64,000 nt of DNA, taken from the NCBI RefSeq assembly GCF_009914755.1, contig NC_060942.1. One strand, given 5' to 3'. This DNA comes from the human T2T-CHM13v2.0 reference genome, Homo sapiens. Below, in pieces: positions 1 to 16,966 of this stretch (the first letter of the stretch is position 1; every line of letters begins with the position of its first letter). The notes beneath the pieces were generated by a model, which saw only the letters and a list, made by a program, of their open reading frames with translations, was not told where the DNA came from and ran no database searches. The position numbers and the translations under genes were made by a program.

Positions 1-999
1 TTCTGATTATGATATTATTTAAATAGATGACTAGTGCATTTACTAAATCTATATTAAGATGAAGTTAAGTGCAGTATAATTCTTTATATGTATATTTTGC
101 TTTAAAGTTTTTGAAAGTGTGTTTACCTATCACTTTAATTTTTTTCTGTTTTTTTTTTTAAATGAAGTTTCTGTTTCTAGGAGTTTCTAACAATTTAGCC
201 TCACAATGTCTCTTTCCATGTGAAAGGAAGTGTTTTCTTAATTTATAGATGAGAATATTGGTCCCAGAGTATTTAAGTTGATTTTGAATATTAAGTGGAT
301 AGTAAGTTATACAAGTAAATTCTTAAATCACATACGCTTGTTTTTACCATTTGAGGTAGCAGTTTTACCATATTGTATACAGGTTAGAAATCATGTCTGA
401 TCTTGTTAATTTCTAGCGTAACTCTATAATTTATCTCCAAGTCTCTGGCTGTATTGCATGTTTCTGCTAAGCAAAGTCGTTCCTGGTTCATTGAACATAC
501 TCTGCTTTTCTGTGATTTCTTCCTTTCTTAGAAAGATCTACTCGTCCATCATTTCTGTGGAACTTTTCCTGATTTTTTTTCCTGTTTAGTTTCTAAGGCG
601 AGTTTCTATCAATGGAGACCTGGGCTTGTATTTTTTTATTAGATATTCTTATTTTTTGTTGGTGACTCCCTTCTTGTTTTTAAGCAGAGCAGTTCTAGAT
701 TTCAGTTTATTATACTGTTTAATTGCTAAATATTTCTAATACTTAACCTGTTTCCTCTTGAATGATCTCGTTTAGACTTTCTCATTTATATCCTCTACAT
801 CTTTTGTCTCCTGACCCATAGCTACCAAGCCCTAAATATCTCTGGAACCATTTCTCTCAATTTCTACTGTCAACACCCTAATTTAAGCTACCATTATCTT
901 AGCTGGACTGCTACTAACTTCTTTTAATCTGACTCCCTTTCTCTAGCCACTTTTACTTTTTTCATATCTTTTTTCTCCACACTGCAGCAGGAGTGATTT

Positions 1000-1080
1000 T
1001 TTATTTTTTTTATTTTTTTTATTTTTTTGAGTTAGAGTCTTAGTTGCCCAGACTGGAGTGCAGTGGCATGAACATGGCTC
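1000..1080 (-). mobile_element. Alu 3' fragment
   Basis: T-rich tail + GTTGCCCAGACTGGAGTGCAGTGGCATG. Confidence 0.75.
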
Positions 1081-1299
1081 TAAGAGTGATACTTGAAAGC
1101 AGCAGAGGGCATGCCTGCAGTAGTAATAAAGAAATAGTTCTGGATGAATCAGTAGCCACTCATGTCCACTATCTTCTGTCCCTACAGTCAAGCATTTATG
1201 TGACAGGAGACTGCAGAAGGATTGCACATAAAACATATTTGGTGTTGGGGTATCAGGCTTTTTTGTAGTCCACTAGGTATCCCAGTTCTTTCAGGTGTT

Positions 1300-1390
1300 C
1301 GTTCCCTTCCTCCTTCCTTCCTTGCTTCCCTCCTTCCTGCCTTCCCTCCCTCTTCCTTCCTGATCCTTGCCCCTCCCCTCCCTTTCCCTC
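1300..1390. repeat. (CCTT)n-like pyrimidine tract
   Basis: Visible low-complexity CT repeat. Confidence 0.8.
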
Positions 1391-1807
1391 AAAACAGGCA
1401 TACCACTCAGGTTTGGCCCTTTGTTTAGAATCTGGTTATCTGAATATAGAAAATGAATAACATAGGGTTTGTTTTTCTTTCTTATCGGGAAGTACCCAGT
1501 AGTGTATTATATTAGTAATATGACCACTTTTGTACTCTAGTTTTTACATATGTAGCATGTTACTTGATTTTTAGAACACGTTGTCTCACCTTTAAAGAAT
1601 ATATTACATTCCCCAAAGGGGACTGAGGTTGTGAGAATGAAAGGGCTCCTTTCTTCTATTTAATTATGGAAATGTTCTAAATGGATACAAAGAGGAAGAT
1701 AATGTAATGAACTCCCATGTACCCATTACCCAACTTCAGCACGGCTAATCTTGTTTTACCTAAATCCCACTTTACTTCCCCTCTGCCTCCCTCCAGTTAT
1801 TTTGAAA

Positions 1808-1842
<35 letters not shown>

Positions 1843-2825
1843 CATTATTTTATACGTAAATACTTCTGATAAAACGACCTTTTCAAGGACATAAAAGTAA
1901 ATACAGACGGAGTCAGAACTTGAATCCAGGAGAGTGTCACTTTTGGACAGATAATACAGCCCTTGCTTGGTCAGCATTGAGCTTGACCATCCAGGATGTG
2001 TTTATAAAGTAGTGACACTGATGTTGACAAGCCACACATTGTTGAAAAAAAAATCCTAGTTTTTATTTATTGAACAAGTGATATTAATATAACAATAGAA
2101 TAGTAAAGGAGTATTACCCCCAATTATTTCACCTGAAAATGAAGGTTGTTTTCATTACTTATATTGGTACCTTTTATAGTTCTAATGTCTGTCTCATTCA
2201 TCCATGTGATTAATTTTAGTGGAGGTCATTTTACCAAGTGTTTATTTTTTCTAGAGCTTATTATTTCTTGTTTCCTAAGGGGATAAAACCCCACTATAGT
2301 GTATTGTTTCCTTTAAAATAGGGAAACTTGCTTCCTAATCATTTTCTAACTTTTCCTGACTATGGGAAAAACTTGTCAATATCTAAGGGTGGTAAATGCT
2401 TAGGTTAATTGATAGTTTGTTTCCATGATATCATGAAGGCAAAATGGTCTTTTCTTTTGGAGTAATTGTTTACCTAGAAAATAGTTGAAAATTCTTTCAA
2501 AGATTTCTGAGGTTTTGTAGTCTGAAACATCTCCTTAGTGATAAAGGATTCTTTCTTTCTCTGTGCTGAACTTAAGTTCTAGTTTGTGGATGAGAGCGAG
2601 GAAAGAGTTACTGAGATGTGTTCTTACTAATGAAAAAGGGAGCAGAGGGAAAATATATATAATTCGCATTTATTAACGTAGTTGAGATCCATTATCTTGA
2701 AGCTATATGTGTTAAATTTGAAGTGTTATTTCCTAATTTATTAGAATATCTTGTAAAATGTTCTGTTCTTATTTTTTTCCCCCAAGGAATAATATTCAAA
2801 TAAATAAAATTTGTGATTAATCTGA

Positions 2826-3020
<195 letters not shown>

Positions 3021-3832
3021 TAGGGAGAACCCTTTTCTTCTTCAACCGAGGGTTTTTGTTTGTATTCAAGTTATGTACTTCTGGGCCTTAAAAATAGGAT
3101 TAGCAAATAGCTTCTGACAGTTGGTTTACTAACAGGAGGTACCCAATAGTAGGATAGAAGTGGACCAAATCTGCCATATAACAAGAGAAGAGCTCTTTGA
3201 AGATGGAGCTGTCTGTACTTTTCCAAGGTAATCTGGGCTATTCTTTCTCTGGCTTAGAGGGTTAGCACTACTCTACATTTGGAAATACAAGGGTATCCAA
3301 AAAGATACCAATTGTTTTCTTCTCACTATGCCTTCTAGTCTGTTAATTGATATCAGATGAATGGTAGGGCTCATTGATTGAGTCAGTAGGCATTTATTAG
3401 GACTATACAACATCTACTATGTTTATGGACACTAGAAGATAAATAAGACACATAGTATTCTTAAGGAGTTTACAAATTAAAGGAAATAATGAGTCAGTGA
3501 TTATCATGTGATGTTTTAGACTGTGTTAGAGATATGTATTAAGTGTCTTAGGAGCAAGGAGAGAGGAGTATTCATTGTTAATGGGGGCGGAGTTTTAGGT
3601 AATGGGATCTTCTCATGTAGATACAGATACTGCAAAGGAGCGAGAATCCAGCCAGTCATAGGGAGGCAGCTAGGAGTAGGAGTAGATAAATAGATTTTGG
3701 AGTCATACCTCTCTTGGTGTAGATCATAATCGTGCCACTTATTAACTGAGTAATTTTGAACAAGTTGGTTATTTTTGTCTTTTGTTTGCAATTAAAATTA
3801 AGGAATAATAAAGACACTGTAAAAATGAATAA

Positions 3833-3965
3833 GGCTGGGCGGGTGGCTCATGCCTTTAATTCTAGCACTTTGGGAAGCCTGAGGTGGGAGGATTACTTGA
3901 GGCCAGGCGTTCAAGACCACCCCGGACAGCATAGTAAGACCTCATCTCTATTAAAATAAGTAAAT
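3833..3965 (+). mobile_element. Free left Alu monomer (FLAM-like)
   Basis: Single Alu arm followed by A-rich tail. Confidence 0.8.
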
Positions 3966-4214
3966 AAATGAAAAGAATAGAACAATAAAATAAAATTAGG
4001 AAAACAAAACAAAAATCTCCAAACCTTTCTGATTATGTGAATGAGAAAGATGTAGAACAATAGGGATACATGGTCTTGGAGAACCAAGCTGGACCAGATA
4101 CTTGAGTGTAGAATCTTTATCAAGGTTCATAATCTTCTGTAAGTATGTAGTACTGTGAGAACAGGTTAGTGTAGGTAAAATCCAGACCACAGATGTATTT
4201 TACCGATACATACA

Positions 4215-4591
4215 TATATTAATCCATTTTCATACTGCTATGAAGAAATACCCGAGACTGGGTAATTTATAAAGGAAAGAGGTTTAATTGACTTACAGTT
4301 CAGCATTGCTGGGGAGGCCTCAGGAAACTTATAATCATGGTGGAAGGGGAAGCAAACACGCCCTTCCTTCTTCACATGGCAGCAGCAAGGAGAAGTGCTG
4401 AGCAAAAAAGGGGGAAAGCCCCTTATTAAAATCATCAGGTCTCGTGAGAACTCACTATCAAGAGAACAGCATGGAGGTAACCGCCCCCATGATTAAGTTA
4501 CCTCCCACTGGGTCCCTCCCTCGACGTGTGGGAATTATGGAAACTACAGTTCAAGATGAGATTTGGGCGGGGACACAACCAAATCATATCA
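4215..4591 (-). mobile_element. THE1-family (ERVL-MaLR) solo LTR
   Basis: Typical THE1 text (GAAATACCCGAGACTGGGTAATTTATAAAGGAAAGAGG...CAAGATGAGATTTGGG...CATATCA); 5-bp TSD ATACA at 4210-4214 and 4592-4596. Confidence 0.9.
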
Positions 4592-4618
4592 ATACAGTAC
4601 TCTTAAATTTTTGAATAA

Positions 4619-4922
<304 letters not shown>

Positions 4923-5299
4923 GGAATAATGGCTAGTTTTTAAAAACAGGTGATTTCACACAAAAATCTGTTGATGGATTCATAGAACACCCTGCTCCCC
5001 CCACTGTCCCCGCCAATACAGAAGACTATCAGTACTGGGCTTACGTTTGTTCTTGGCAACAGTTTGTTGAAGCAATGGAGCCCTTTAGACTGGACCTTTT
5101 AGACTGATGATGCTTTTGAGTCAACCAAAGTCCCTGCCATTTCCTGTTATCTTCCCAAGTCTGAGGTCAAGTGCCATTTGCCATTGTAGTGCTGTCTTTC
5201 TTGGGCTGTCATTACTCACCTAGAAGCTATAGCGATTTGAGTTTGCCATCTCTACAATAGTGAAGAGTATAGTGATACCCAGATACCCTGAAATGCTTA

Positions 5300-5500
5300 G
5301 ACTAGGATCATATGTGGAGTCCATTACATTTTAACTTTTGTGGCCTTGGGCACATTACTTCTTTGAGACTCAGTTTCCTCATTTATAAAGTGGATAATAT
5401 AGCGGTAACTTTCTCTTAAGGAGTGTAACACACTTTACTCCTATGCAAGTGCTTTTACATATTATATAATAAAAGCTTAGTAAAAGTTAGCTGTGATTAT
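5300..5500 (+). mobile_element. MIR SINE
   Basis: Core GTGGCCTTGGGCAC..TTACTT..TGAGACTCAGTTTCCTCATTTATAAAGTGG. Confidence 0.65.
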
Positions 5501-5645
5501 TATTACAGCTACTACTGCCATCATCATCATCACCTGTGGAATATAAAAGGTATTCCTGTATCATGCTATTATGGTAGTAACCAGAACAATGAAGAATCTT
5601 TTTACTTTCAAAATAACATTTTTATAATTTTGTTTTAAAAAGTAA

Positions 5646-6005
<360 letters not shown>

Positions 6006-6984
6006 TGATGTTCCTTAGAGGGTCATTAGGTAGGTTTTACCTTCCCACCTTCAGGTTTCATATTGTCATTTTGTTACCTAGCATGCTTTTCTGAACGCAT
6101 TTGGGCCAGTCCCTCCCTAAGCAGTATCTCATGTCCTCAACTTTCCTGCTATTTAAATTTCATTTGAATTGACTTGTTTTATATTCTCTTCCCTCAAAGA
6201 CCTGTTTCTGAGGCACAGTGGGCAATTATGCTGTTATCGAGCCCACCTACCTCTGTTATCCTTTGCAGATAGCATAGCGGGCTCAGAGTTTTAGGAGTAG
6301 GTCAAAGCAGAATATTCTGTGTGGTGAAATGAGAGACCTCAGCTGATCTAGGTGGCAGGGAATGGGGGTGAAGAGGAGAGTGGGAATGTCATCATTACAT
6401 AGTCCAAATAAGCCAAGTACACTTGGAGAACGTGAGTCAGGCTCACTTGGGCAGTGTATCCACAGTTGAATAAAAACGGTACAGTGGAAGTAGGGATAAG
6501 AGCTTTCAACTTGTTTGGCCACCACATATTACACGGCTGCAATCTGGATGGGTCACCTTCCATGCCTGGTGCCCAGCAGTCATCCTGGAAGCGCCCTTTG
6601 AAGCCCTGTGATTAACAAAGATGCCTTTGCCTCTTTTCCTGGCTGGATCTCATGTTTTCTGTATCCCATTAGATATCTTACTTAGCTTACTGTCTCTTTT
6701 GGTAGGACACACATTCTAGTAACTTCTTTTGAAAGAGTATGTGAGAAGTCAAATTTTAATTGACTGTGTATTTTTCCTCATAGTTAATTATATGGTCAGA
6801 GGGGGCTGGAAGTCATCTTTCCTCATCAGCTTTTGAAGGCATTTGCTGTTTGAAGCCACATAAATGGAACTTCCTGGTTTTTTCTGTATTGGCACTTTTT
6901 TGGGATAAAAGAAGGCATTCTTGAGGCTTTGAGTCATTCTGTTACATTTTTGGTTTGCTTTGATTTAACACATGTTGTGTTTTA

Positions 6985-7467
<483 letters not shown>

Positions 7468-7554
7468 TTAACATCCCTTTTTCCCCTTCAGTGCTGGATG
7501 CTTTATCCCACTCCCCTGATGTAACCCACGTTAATTGTATGTAGTGTATTCTTC

Positions 7555-7732
<178 letters not shown>

Positions 7733-8825
7733 TAGTCTTTTAAAGCTGTTTGTTTTACAAATATGATTAAGTATACTAGATCATATTTGTTTTTTTGTTA
7801 AGCTCTTTATTATGGAGTATTTCAGACATACACTTGAGTAGAAAGTATAGTATAATAAATTCCCATGCACTCATACCCAACTTCAACAATTATTAACTTA
7901 AAAAAATACCATTTATTTGTTGAAGAAACCAGATTCTATTTGGCCAATTGATTCTTTATAGTATTCTTTAACTTCTTTAACTTGTTCTTTTAATCTTTGT
8001 ATTTCCTATAAATTAGTTGTTAGATCTAGAGGCTTGATTAGATAGATTCAGGTTCAATTTTATTTTGGCAAACATACCTCATATGTGATGCTGTGTATTT
8101 TCTATTGTATCATATAAAGGGGCACATAAAGTCTGATTATTCTGCTATTAGTGATGTTAAGATTGATGAACAGGTGCAAATTTTGTCAGATGTATCCTTT
8201 ACAGAGTTTCTTGGCAACATTATACCTAATGGTTTTAACAGCTGTTCCTTACATGTGAAATTACTGTAGTTATTTTCTTATGCCCTCCACTTTGTTTCCT
8301 CCTCAATAATAAATCAAGTCATATTAACAAATGAAGGAATTTCATTTAATGATTTGGAGCTTGACTAATGAACTTACTTCTATTTCAAGTAATTTGAAAT
8401 TTAAAGTAAATTTGATTTAAAATTTGTCTTTGTTTTTTAGCTAGCCAAATGCTTTTTTCCTCATCCTATAAAATACAGACTTAATATAGCATCACATTTT
8501 TTAAAACAAATGAAGTTGAATCTGAATATATTAGAATCAGAAGGAACTTTTTGCTACAGATTGCATGTTTTACCTTCGAGTGCTAGAAACTGTTACTTTA
8601 GAAGGTTATGTAGTGGTTAGTTGAGCAGGAATCATAAAGCAAATTAAGGTAAATGGTGGACTCTTAACTTCAGGATGGTAGTTACCTCTAATGGAAGGCA
8701 GGAGGATGGGATTGATGAGATGGACATAGGGGACTTGAAAAGTACTGGTTCTATTTTTTTTCTTAGGTTGGGTAATAATTACATGGGTGTTCAGTTTATT
8801 TTTTTATTCCTTAAAGTTTACATAT

Positions 8826-9111
<286 letters not shown>

Positions 9112-9486
9112 TCAAAATTTAAAAGAGTAAATGGACTAAATTACTAACAATTTAAAATATGTTTCAAGTGATTCATTAGATCTTAAACATAAAACCTTTT
9201 TATTTCCACAAATATATCATAAAATACCTGGCTTACAAAACTATTTAGTACAGGATGAAAAAGAATGGTCATTATATATCTTATTTAAAGTAATAGTTTT
9301 TAAGTGTATACCTTGAAAGTTATACTTCAGCCTGTCATTCTAAGTAACTATGAAGGATGGCTGTGATTGTAAGTATCAAGATGGAGAAGAGTAATCTGAA
9401 TTGCATGTGTGCAGCTTCCCACTCTTTGCTGTAGTCAGGTTTACTTGAGAAGGTCCAAGTTTAATGCTGTTTGTCATTTTTGTGTA

Positions 9487-9715
9487 CAGGTTGAACATTC
9501 CAAATAAAAAAATCTGAAACCTGAAATACTCCAAAATATGAAACTTCTTGAACACTGACATGGTGCTCAAAGGAAATGCTCATTGGAGCATTTAGAATTT
9601 CAGATTTTTGGATTTGGGATGCTCTAAGTACAGTGCAAATATTTCAAAATCTGAAAAAATTTGAAATCTAAAACATTTCTTGTCCTAAGCATTTCAGATA
9701 AGTAAACTCAACCTG
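9487..9715 (-). mobile_element. Tigger4a/MER46-type TcMar DNA transposon
   Basis: TIRs CAGGTTGA...TCAACCTG flanked by TA; internal GCTCAAAGGAAATGCTCATTGGAGCATTT. Confidence 0.85.
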
Positions 9716-10060
9716 TATGTGATTCTAGGCCTTAAAGCAATGGCAACCCCAGTATATATATATATTTTTTAATCCAGTGAATTCAAGAATCAGACTAGTT
9801 GGGTGTGGGGCTTGGAGATGTTGTCTGGGTTTCCATGGTAGGCATGCCATTTTAGCTTAGGTGGCCTGCAACTGCGGGATACTGTTGGAGGAGCAAAAGC
9901 AACTCAAGACCTACTTGAACATTGCCACCAAGGCTCTTCAAGAGCTTTGTGCTTGTTAATTTTTAGTTGACCAAAAAGGTTTATCTTGAATCATTTTGGG
10001 TATTTTACAGAGATTTTAAATTTCATATTGAGTAATGGGCTTAAAAGAATATACTGTTCT

Positions 10061-10367
10061 TGCCGGGCGTAGTGGCTCACACCTGTAATCCCAGCACTTT
10101 GGGAGGCCTAGACGGGCAGATCACCTGAGGTCAGGAGTTCGAGACCAGCCTGGCCAACATGGTGAAACCCCATCTCTACTAAAACTACAAAAATTAGCCA
10201 GGCGTGGTGACAGGCACCTGTAATCTCAGCTACTCAGGAGGCTGAGGCAGGAGAAGCTTGAACCCGGGAGGCGGAGGTTGCATTGAGCCAGGATCGCACC
10301 ACTGCACTCCAGCCCGGGCGACAAGAGCGAGATTCCATCTCAAAACCAAAAACCAAAAAACAAAAAA
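10061..10367 (+). mobile_element. AluS
   Basis: Full dimer; ACTGTTCTT on both flanks. Confidence 0.92.
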
Positions 10368-10700
10368 CTGTTCTTAAAGGAATCTCTTTAAGAATAAAAA
10401 TATTTTAAATTTTCTATCAAATTCTATTTTCTGATAATCTATCACTGTAATCCCCAAGCCTCTTGATTTAAAAATTTCTACAGAGGTTTTAGAAATTACC
10501 TTATAATTCTGGAAAAATATGGCTCTAATGATAATTTAACTATGTTAGCAGTGACATATTTGGCAAATAAGTATTTTTCATGATCCTGTTACACAGGTTG
10601 CTAGATGAAATGATTTTTAAGATTTAAATGTAATAATTAAAAGAACTAAGCTCTTCCCTCCCCTTTAAAAAACTTCTTTTCTCAAAAACTATTCTGTTAG

Positions 10701-10823
<123 letters not shown>

Positions 10824-11383
10824 TAGCAGGTGAAAGAAAATGTTGGATGGGTGAATAGCTCTTACTGCTCTTTTATTATTTTTCCTTTGTCATCTCCCTT
10901 TGTCAGAACCTTTACGTTTTTACTATGTTTCTCTAAACTATTTAATAGTAAATATGATTTGCCTTTAGTTTAATGTTTGAGTACCTTACTATATATTGGT
11001 GGTGTAGAGGTGACCCATTTTCAGTGTAAGTCCAGGGGGTTTATTTACGAAAATCTATCAAAAAGATTGGGAATCATCTGTAAGACCATTCCTTGACGTG
11101 GATGGACCTGGAAGACGGTATTATAATGAGGTTTTGTGATATATTTGTATTCTGTGCTCTGGTAGCTTATATAAAAGTATAAATTACAACAAATATTAAA
11201 ATTATTTTTTAGGAGATTCCTCTCCACCCCTTGGTATTTTTTAAAGTATAGTGTTGATAATTGAAAATGATTGACTTAGAAACACCTTGAATTACTTAAG
11301 TGTTTAGAAAAATAATGGAGGTTTATTCAATGAGTTGTCCTATGTTTTTGTATTTCATGGACCATTGTTCAAGCGCTGATCTT

Positions 11384-11679
11384 GGCTGGGCACGGTGGCT
11401 CACGCCTGTAATCCCAGCACTTTGGGAGGCCCAGGTGGGTGGATCACTTGAAGTCAGGAGTTTGAGATCACACTGGCCAACATGGTGAAACCCTGTCTTT
11501 ACTAAAATACAAAAATTAGCCGGGTTTGATGGCATGTGCCTGTAATTCCAGCTATTTGGGAGGCTGAGGCACGAGAATCACCTGAACCACGAGGGTCGGG
11601 GTGCAGAGCTTTCAATGAGCCGAGATCACGCCATTGTACTCCAGCCTAGGTAATGGAGTGAGACTGTATCTCAAAAAAA
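11384..11679 (+). mobile_element. AluS
   Basis: Full dimer with A-tail. Confidence 0.9.
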
Positions 11680-11827
11680 GTTGATCTTGCTATTTAATGT
11701 ATAGAGTATAATAAATAAATGCCAAAATATTAATGCCTTTCACATCCTTTTCATTTTGAATACATTCCGTATTCAAAGAATTCTTTACATTTCCTTTTTA
11801 AAAATCAACTGTCTATGTTCTTGTTAG

Positions 11828-11999
11828 GAATGGAGGAAGTATCCCAGTGTCCCCTTAATTTATTTCCATTTATTTATTTATTTTTTATATTTATTTATTT
11901 ATTTTTTGAGACAGAGTCTCGCTGTGTCTCCCAGGCTGGAATGCAGTGGCCTGAATGAATGGAGAAAGTATCCCAGTGTCCCCTTAATTTATTTCCATT

Positions 12000-12030
<31 letters not shown>

Positions 12031-12083
12031 TTTTTTGAGACACAGTCTCGCTGTGTCGCCCAGGCTGGAGCACAGTGGCCTGA
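11828..12083. repeat. About 128-bp imperfect tandem duplication (unique flank plus Alu 3' end)
   Basis: Units start at 11828 and 11957, both GAATGGAG.AAGTATCCCAGTGTCCCCTTAATTTATTTCCATTT...GTGGCCTGA. Confidence 0.92.
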
Positions 12084-12615
12084 TCTTGGCTCACTGCTAG
12101 CTCCACCTCCCGGGTTCATGCCATTCTCCTGCCTCAGCCTTCCTAGTAGCTGGGACTGTAGGCGCCCACCACCACGCCCGGCTCATTTTTTGCATTTTTA
12201 GTAGAGACGCGATTTCACTGTGTTAGCCAGGATGGTCTTGATCTCCTGACCTCGTGATCCACCTGCCTCGGCCTCCCAAAGTGCTGGGATTACAGGCGCG
12301 AGCCACCACGCCTGGCCTTATTTATTTTTAGAGACAGGGTCTTGCTCTGTCACTCAAGCTGGAGTGCAGTGGTGCAATCATAGTTCACTGAAGTCCTGAA
12401 CTCCTGGGCTCAAACAAACCTCCCACCTCAACCTCTGGAGTAGCTAGGACTGTAGGCGTGTGCCACCATGCCCAACTAATATTAAAAAATTTTTAGTAGA
12501 AATAGGGTCTTGCTATATTGTCCACACTGGTTTTGAACTCCTGAGTTCCAAGCGATCCCCCACCTTGGCCTTCCAAAATGCTGAGACTACTAGCATGAGC
12601 TACTACAGCTGACCA
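11997..12615 (-). mobile_element. AluY-like (11997-12317) adjacent to AluJ (12318-12615)
   Basis: Two tandem antisense Alu dimers with (TTTA)n tail. Confidence 0.9.
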
Positions 12616-13057
12616 ATTTATGCCACTTATATATTAAAAGCCAGCCATGTGAATTTAAACAAATACTTTAGTTGCCAATTTTTATTATTGTATATAGCAG
12701 TGATTATCAGCTTTTCATTTTCTTCATGCCTCTGCCTGTTTTTAAATTGTCAATTTTTTAGGATTCCAACTGATTGTTAATTTTCTTCAAATGAAGCCTG
12801 TGTGCTATATGTGCTCAGGTACTTAAATGAATGGTATTTATATAGATTGATGGCCGAGTATGTTGTTGTGCCATTATTTATTTAATGAGATCTCTTGATG
12901 GGTACCTGGGTTGGATTTTGTTTCCCCTACTGCTTCAAGCAGTGTGTCAGTAAGCATCCTTGTGTATATGCCTTTGTACATTATGGGTATATTTCCTTAG
13001 GATAGATTCCTAGAAGTAAAATTGCTGGGGTAGGGTAGTATATTAAAACAATTTGAC

Positions 13058-14494
<1,437 letters not shown>

Positions 14495-14594
14495 GAATGT
14501 GCTGTGCACATTTCCAATAATAGATATTTGTTGTCCTTTTTTAACATGTGTTTTTCAAACTATTATAATTATTTATTAATTATAAGCATTTTAG

Positions 14595-14929
<335 letters not shown>

Positions 14930-15174
14930 AGATTCAGACATTCTAATTTTGAGCTTTAAAAGAATGCTGAAAGTAAATAAAATATGACCTATCTGAAGAT
15001 CAGGTTTCTAGTTTTTACAAGTACTTTTGAAAGCAGTGTTTAGTGTGATTGTTGACCTAGACTGTTCTTGATTTCTGTTTTGGGTATGTTCTGAATGAAT
15101 ATTCTTGCCTGTTTCAGATACTGAGCCATATTTGAAGTTTCATGGGTGATTTTTCTGGTTTCTTTTCTTCTTAG

Positions 15175-15241
15175 TCTGATCTGAAATGTGTCCAGGATGC
15201 CAAGGGAGGTTCTTTCTACAGAGATCACTGCCCTGTGCTAG
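15175..15241 (+). CDS. MIB1: MIB1 exon 5
   Basis: long pyrimidine tract, ttag|TCT...CTAG|gtgagt; SDLKCVQDAKGGSFYRDHCPVL(G). Confidence 0.96.
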
Positions 15242-16552
15242 GTGAGTGAGAAGATTAGAGAGTATTACTAAATAATGGGTCAGAGTTCGTGGAATCAGTA
15301 AAATGCTTAAATTGGATGTTAGAAAAGTTAATTACCACTAAAGTTACTTAGAGAAAAAATTTTTTGGCTTTCCTTTGGTCTTAAAGTATTTTTTCTTTTA
15401 TTATGCTTTATTTGGACTCAGAGTTGTCATGTCTTGAGAATTCATTGGCCATTTATGTCATAATATACATTTGAAACTTTTATGTTTTAACTGCAAATTA
15501 TATTGTTGAAAAATTTTGCATTAGATTACAACAATTGTATGTTATACACTATTGAGAATAGGATTTGACACTTTTGTGCTTAAAAATTCCTTAGAATTTT
15601 TGTCAAATTGTCTTCCTAAGTACAGCTCCAAGATTAAGATAATATATGTAATTTCATGTATCATTAAAATAAAAAAAAGGGAACAAGAAAACCAAAACTA
15701 CCTTCATTTTGTAGATTTATTGTTGCCTGGATGAACATTTACCACACTCTCCTGATCTTTATTCTCTGAATGGTTTTCTTTCTCATGTGAACTGTGTTTC
15801 TCCTTCCAAATCATTTGACTTGCCTTTGTCGCAAAAAGTGCTGTTTTTTTTGCAGTATACCTTAATTTTTTTTTAAAAAAGGAGAATGCATAAAAAAATT
15901 TACATTTTTTAATGAGCTCATCTATCTTGCTTTCACAAAACAAGCTTTCTTGTTTTGTGTTTTGCTTTCATAAGAAAAATGCAAAATCAACATGCATATT
16001 TTGGATCTCAGTATAGTGTTTCATGATCATGAATTCATCTCAGAACTAGCTTTTGAAAATAATCTAGGGAATAAGCTTTGACATATTTTAAAAAGCTCTT
16101 TAGGGCAAGAATCACAGGAACCATTTGTTAAAATAAGATAGTACTAAGCACTTAATGGAAAAAATAATTCCAGGGCTTTCATTCATATTCTCTAGTTAGT
16201 TATTGTGGTTCTAATGCAGTGATAGTAAGTTATCCAGGCATAAAAGTGAGTATTTTCAACACCTGGAACTTTGTGTTCTGATACAAGGTTGAATAGTCTT
16301 TTATAGACTCTACTTTTACTCAGTCTTTGTTATAACTCATATTATTTCAATTTTTGAGTCTGTTTGGCTTTTTTCTTTTTTTAAAAAAAGCTTTCTAGTT
16401 CTAAAATTTTATACTTATAGGGAATTCTCAAGACCTTTTAAAACTAGATGGTACCTGAAACTAAAATATCTACATGTTATTTAAAGATAATGCAGCTGCC
16501 TGTTGTTGTGAGGTTTTTTTCTCCCTTTATTCAATTGCCTCTGAAATTACAG

Positions 16553-16757
16553 GTGAGCAGAATGGCAACAGGAATCCTGGTGGATTGCAGATTGGTGACC
16601 TGGTAAATATAGATCTCGACCTCGAAATTGTACAGTCTTTGCAGCATGGTCATGGAGGATGGACTGATGGAATGTTTGAGACTTTAACTACAACTGGAAC
16701 TGTTTGTGGCATTGATGAAGATCATGACATTGTAGTACAGTATCCAAGTGGCAATAG
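16553..16757 (+). CDS. MIB1: MIB1 exon 6: Mib repeat 1 (REP domain)
   Basis: tacag|GT...AATAG|gtgggt; [67 protein letters not shown](R) (inside ORF 16474..16782). Confidence 0.97.
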
Positions 16758-16931
16758 GTGGGTGATATCTCTCAATTTTTGACAATGACAAATAAAACTA
16801 ATATAGAGAAAAGTCTTAGAGAAAGCAAATAAAGTGATACAACCAAATACTCATTAAAGCTAGCTTTTAGATGGTAAGTAAAAATCCAGAATATATATTG
16901 GTAAGGTGGAGAGAAACAAATGATAAGAATT

Positions 16932-16933
<2 letters not shown>

Positions 16934-16965
<32 letters not shown>
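16934..16965. repeat. (GT)n microsatellite
   Basis: About 16 GT units, starting about 175 nt after exon 6. Confidence 0.95.

Positions 16966-16966
<1 letters not shown>

Noticed and set aside
4300-4322. PRDM9 hotspot motif in the THE1 LTR
   Set aside because: The site reads CCTCCCCAGCAAT on the minus strand and does not match CCNCCNTNNCCNC.
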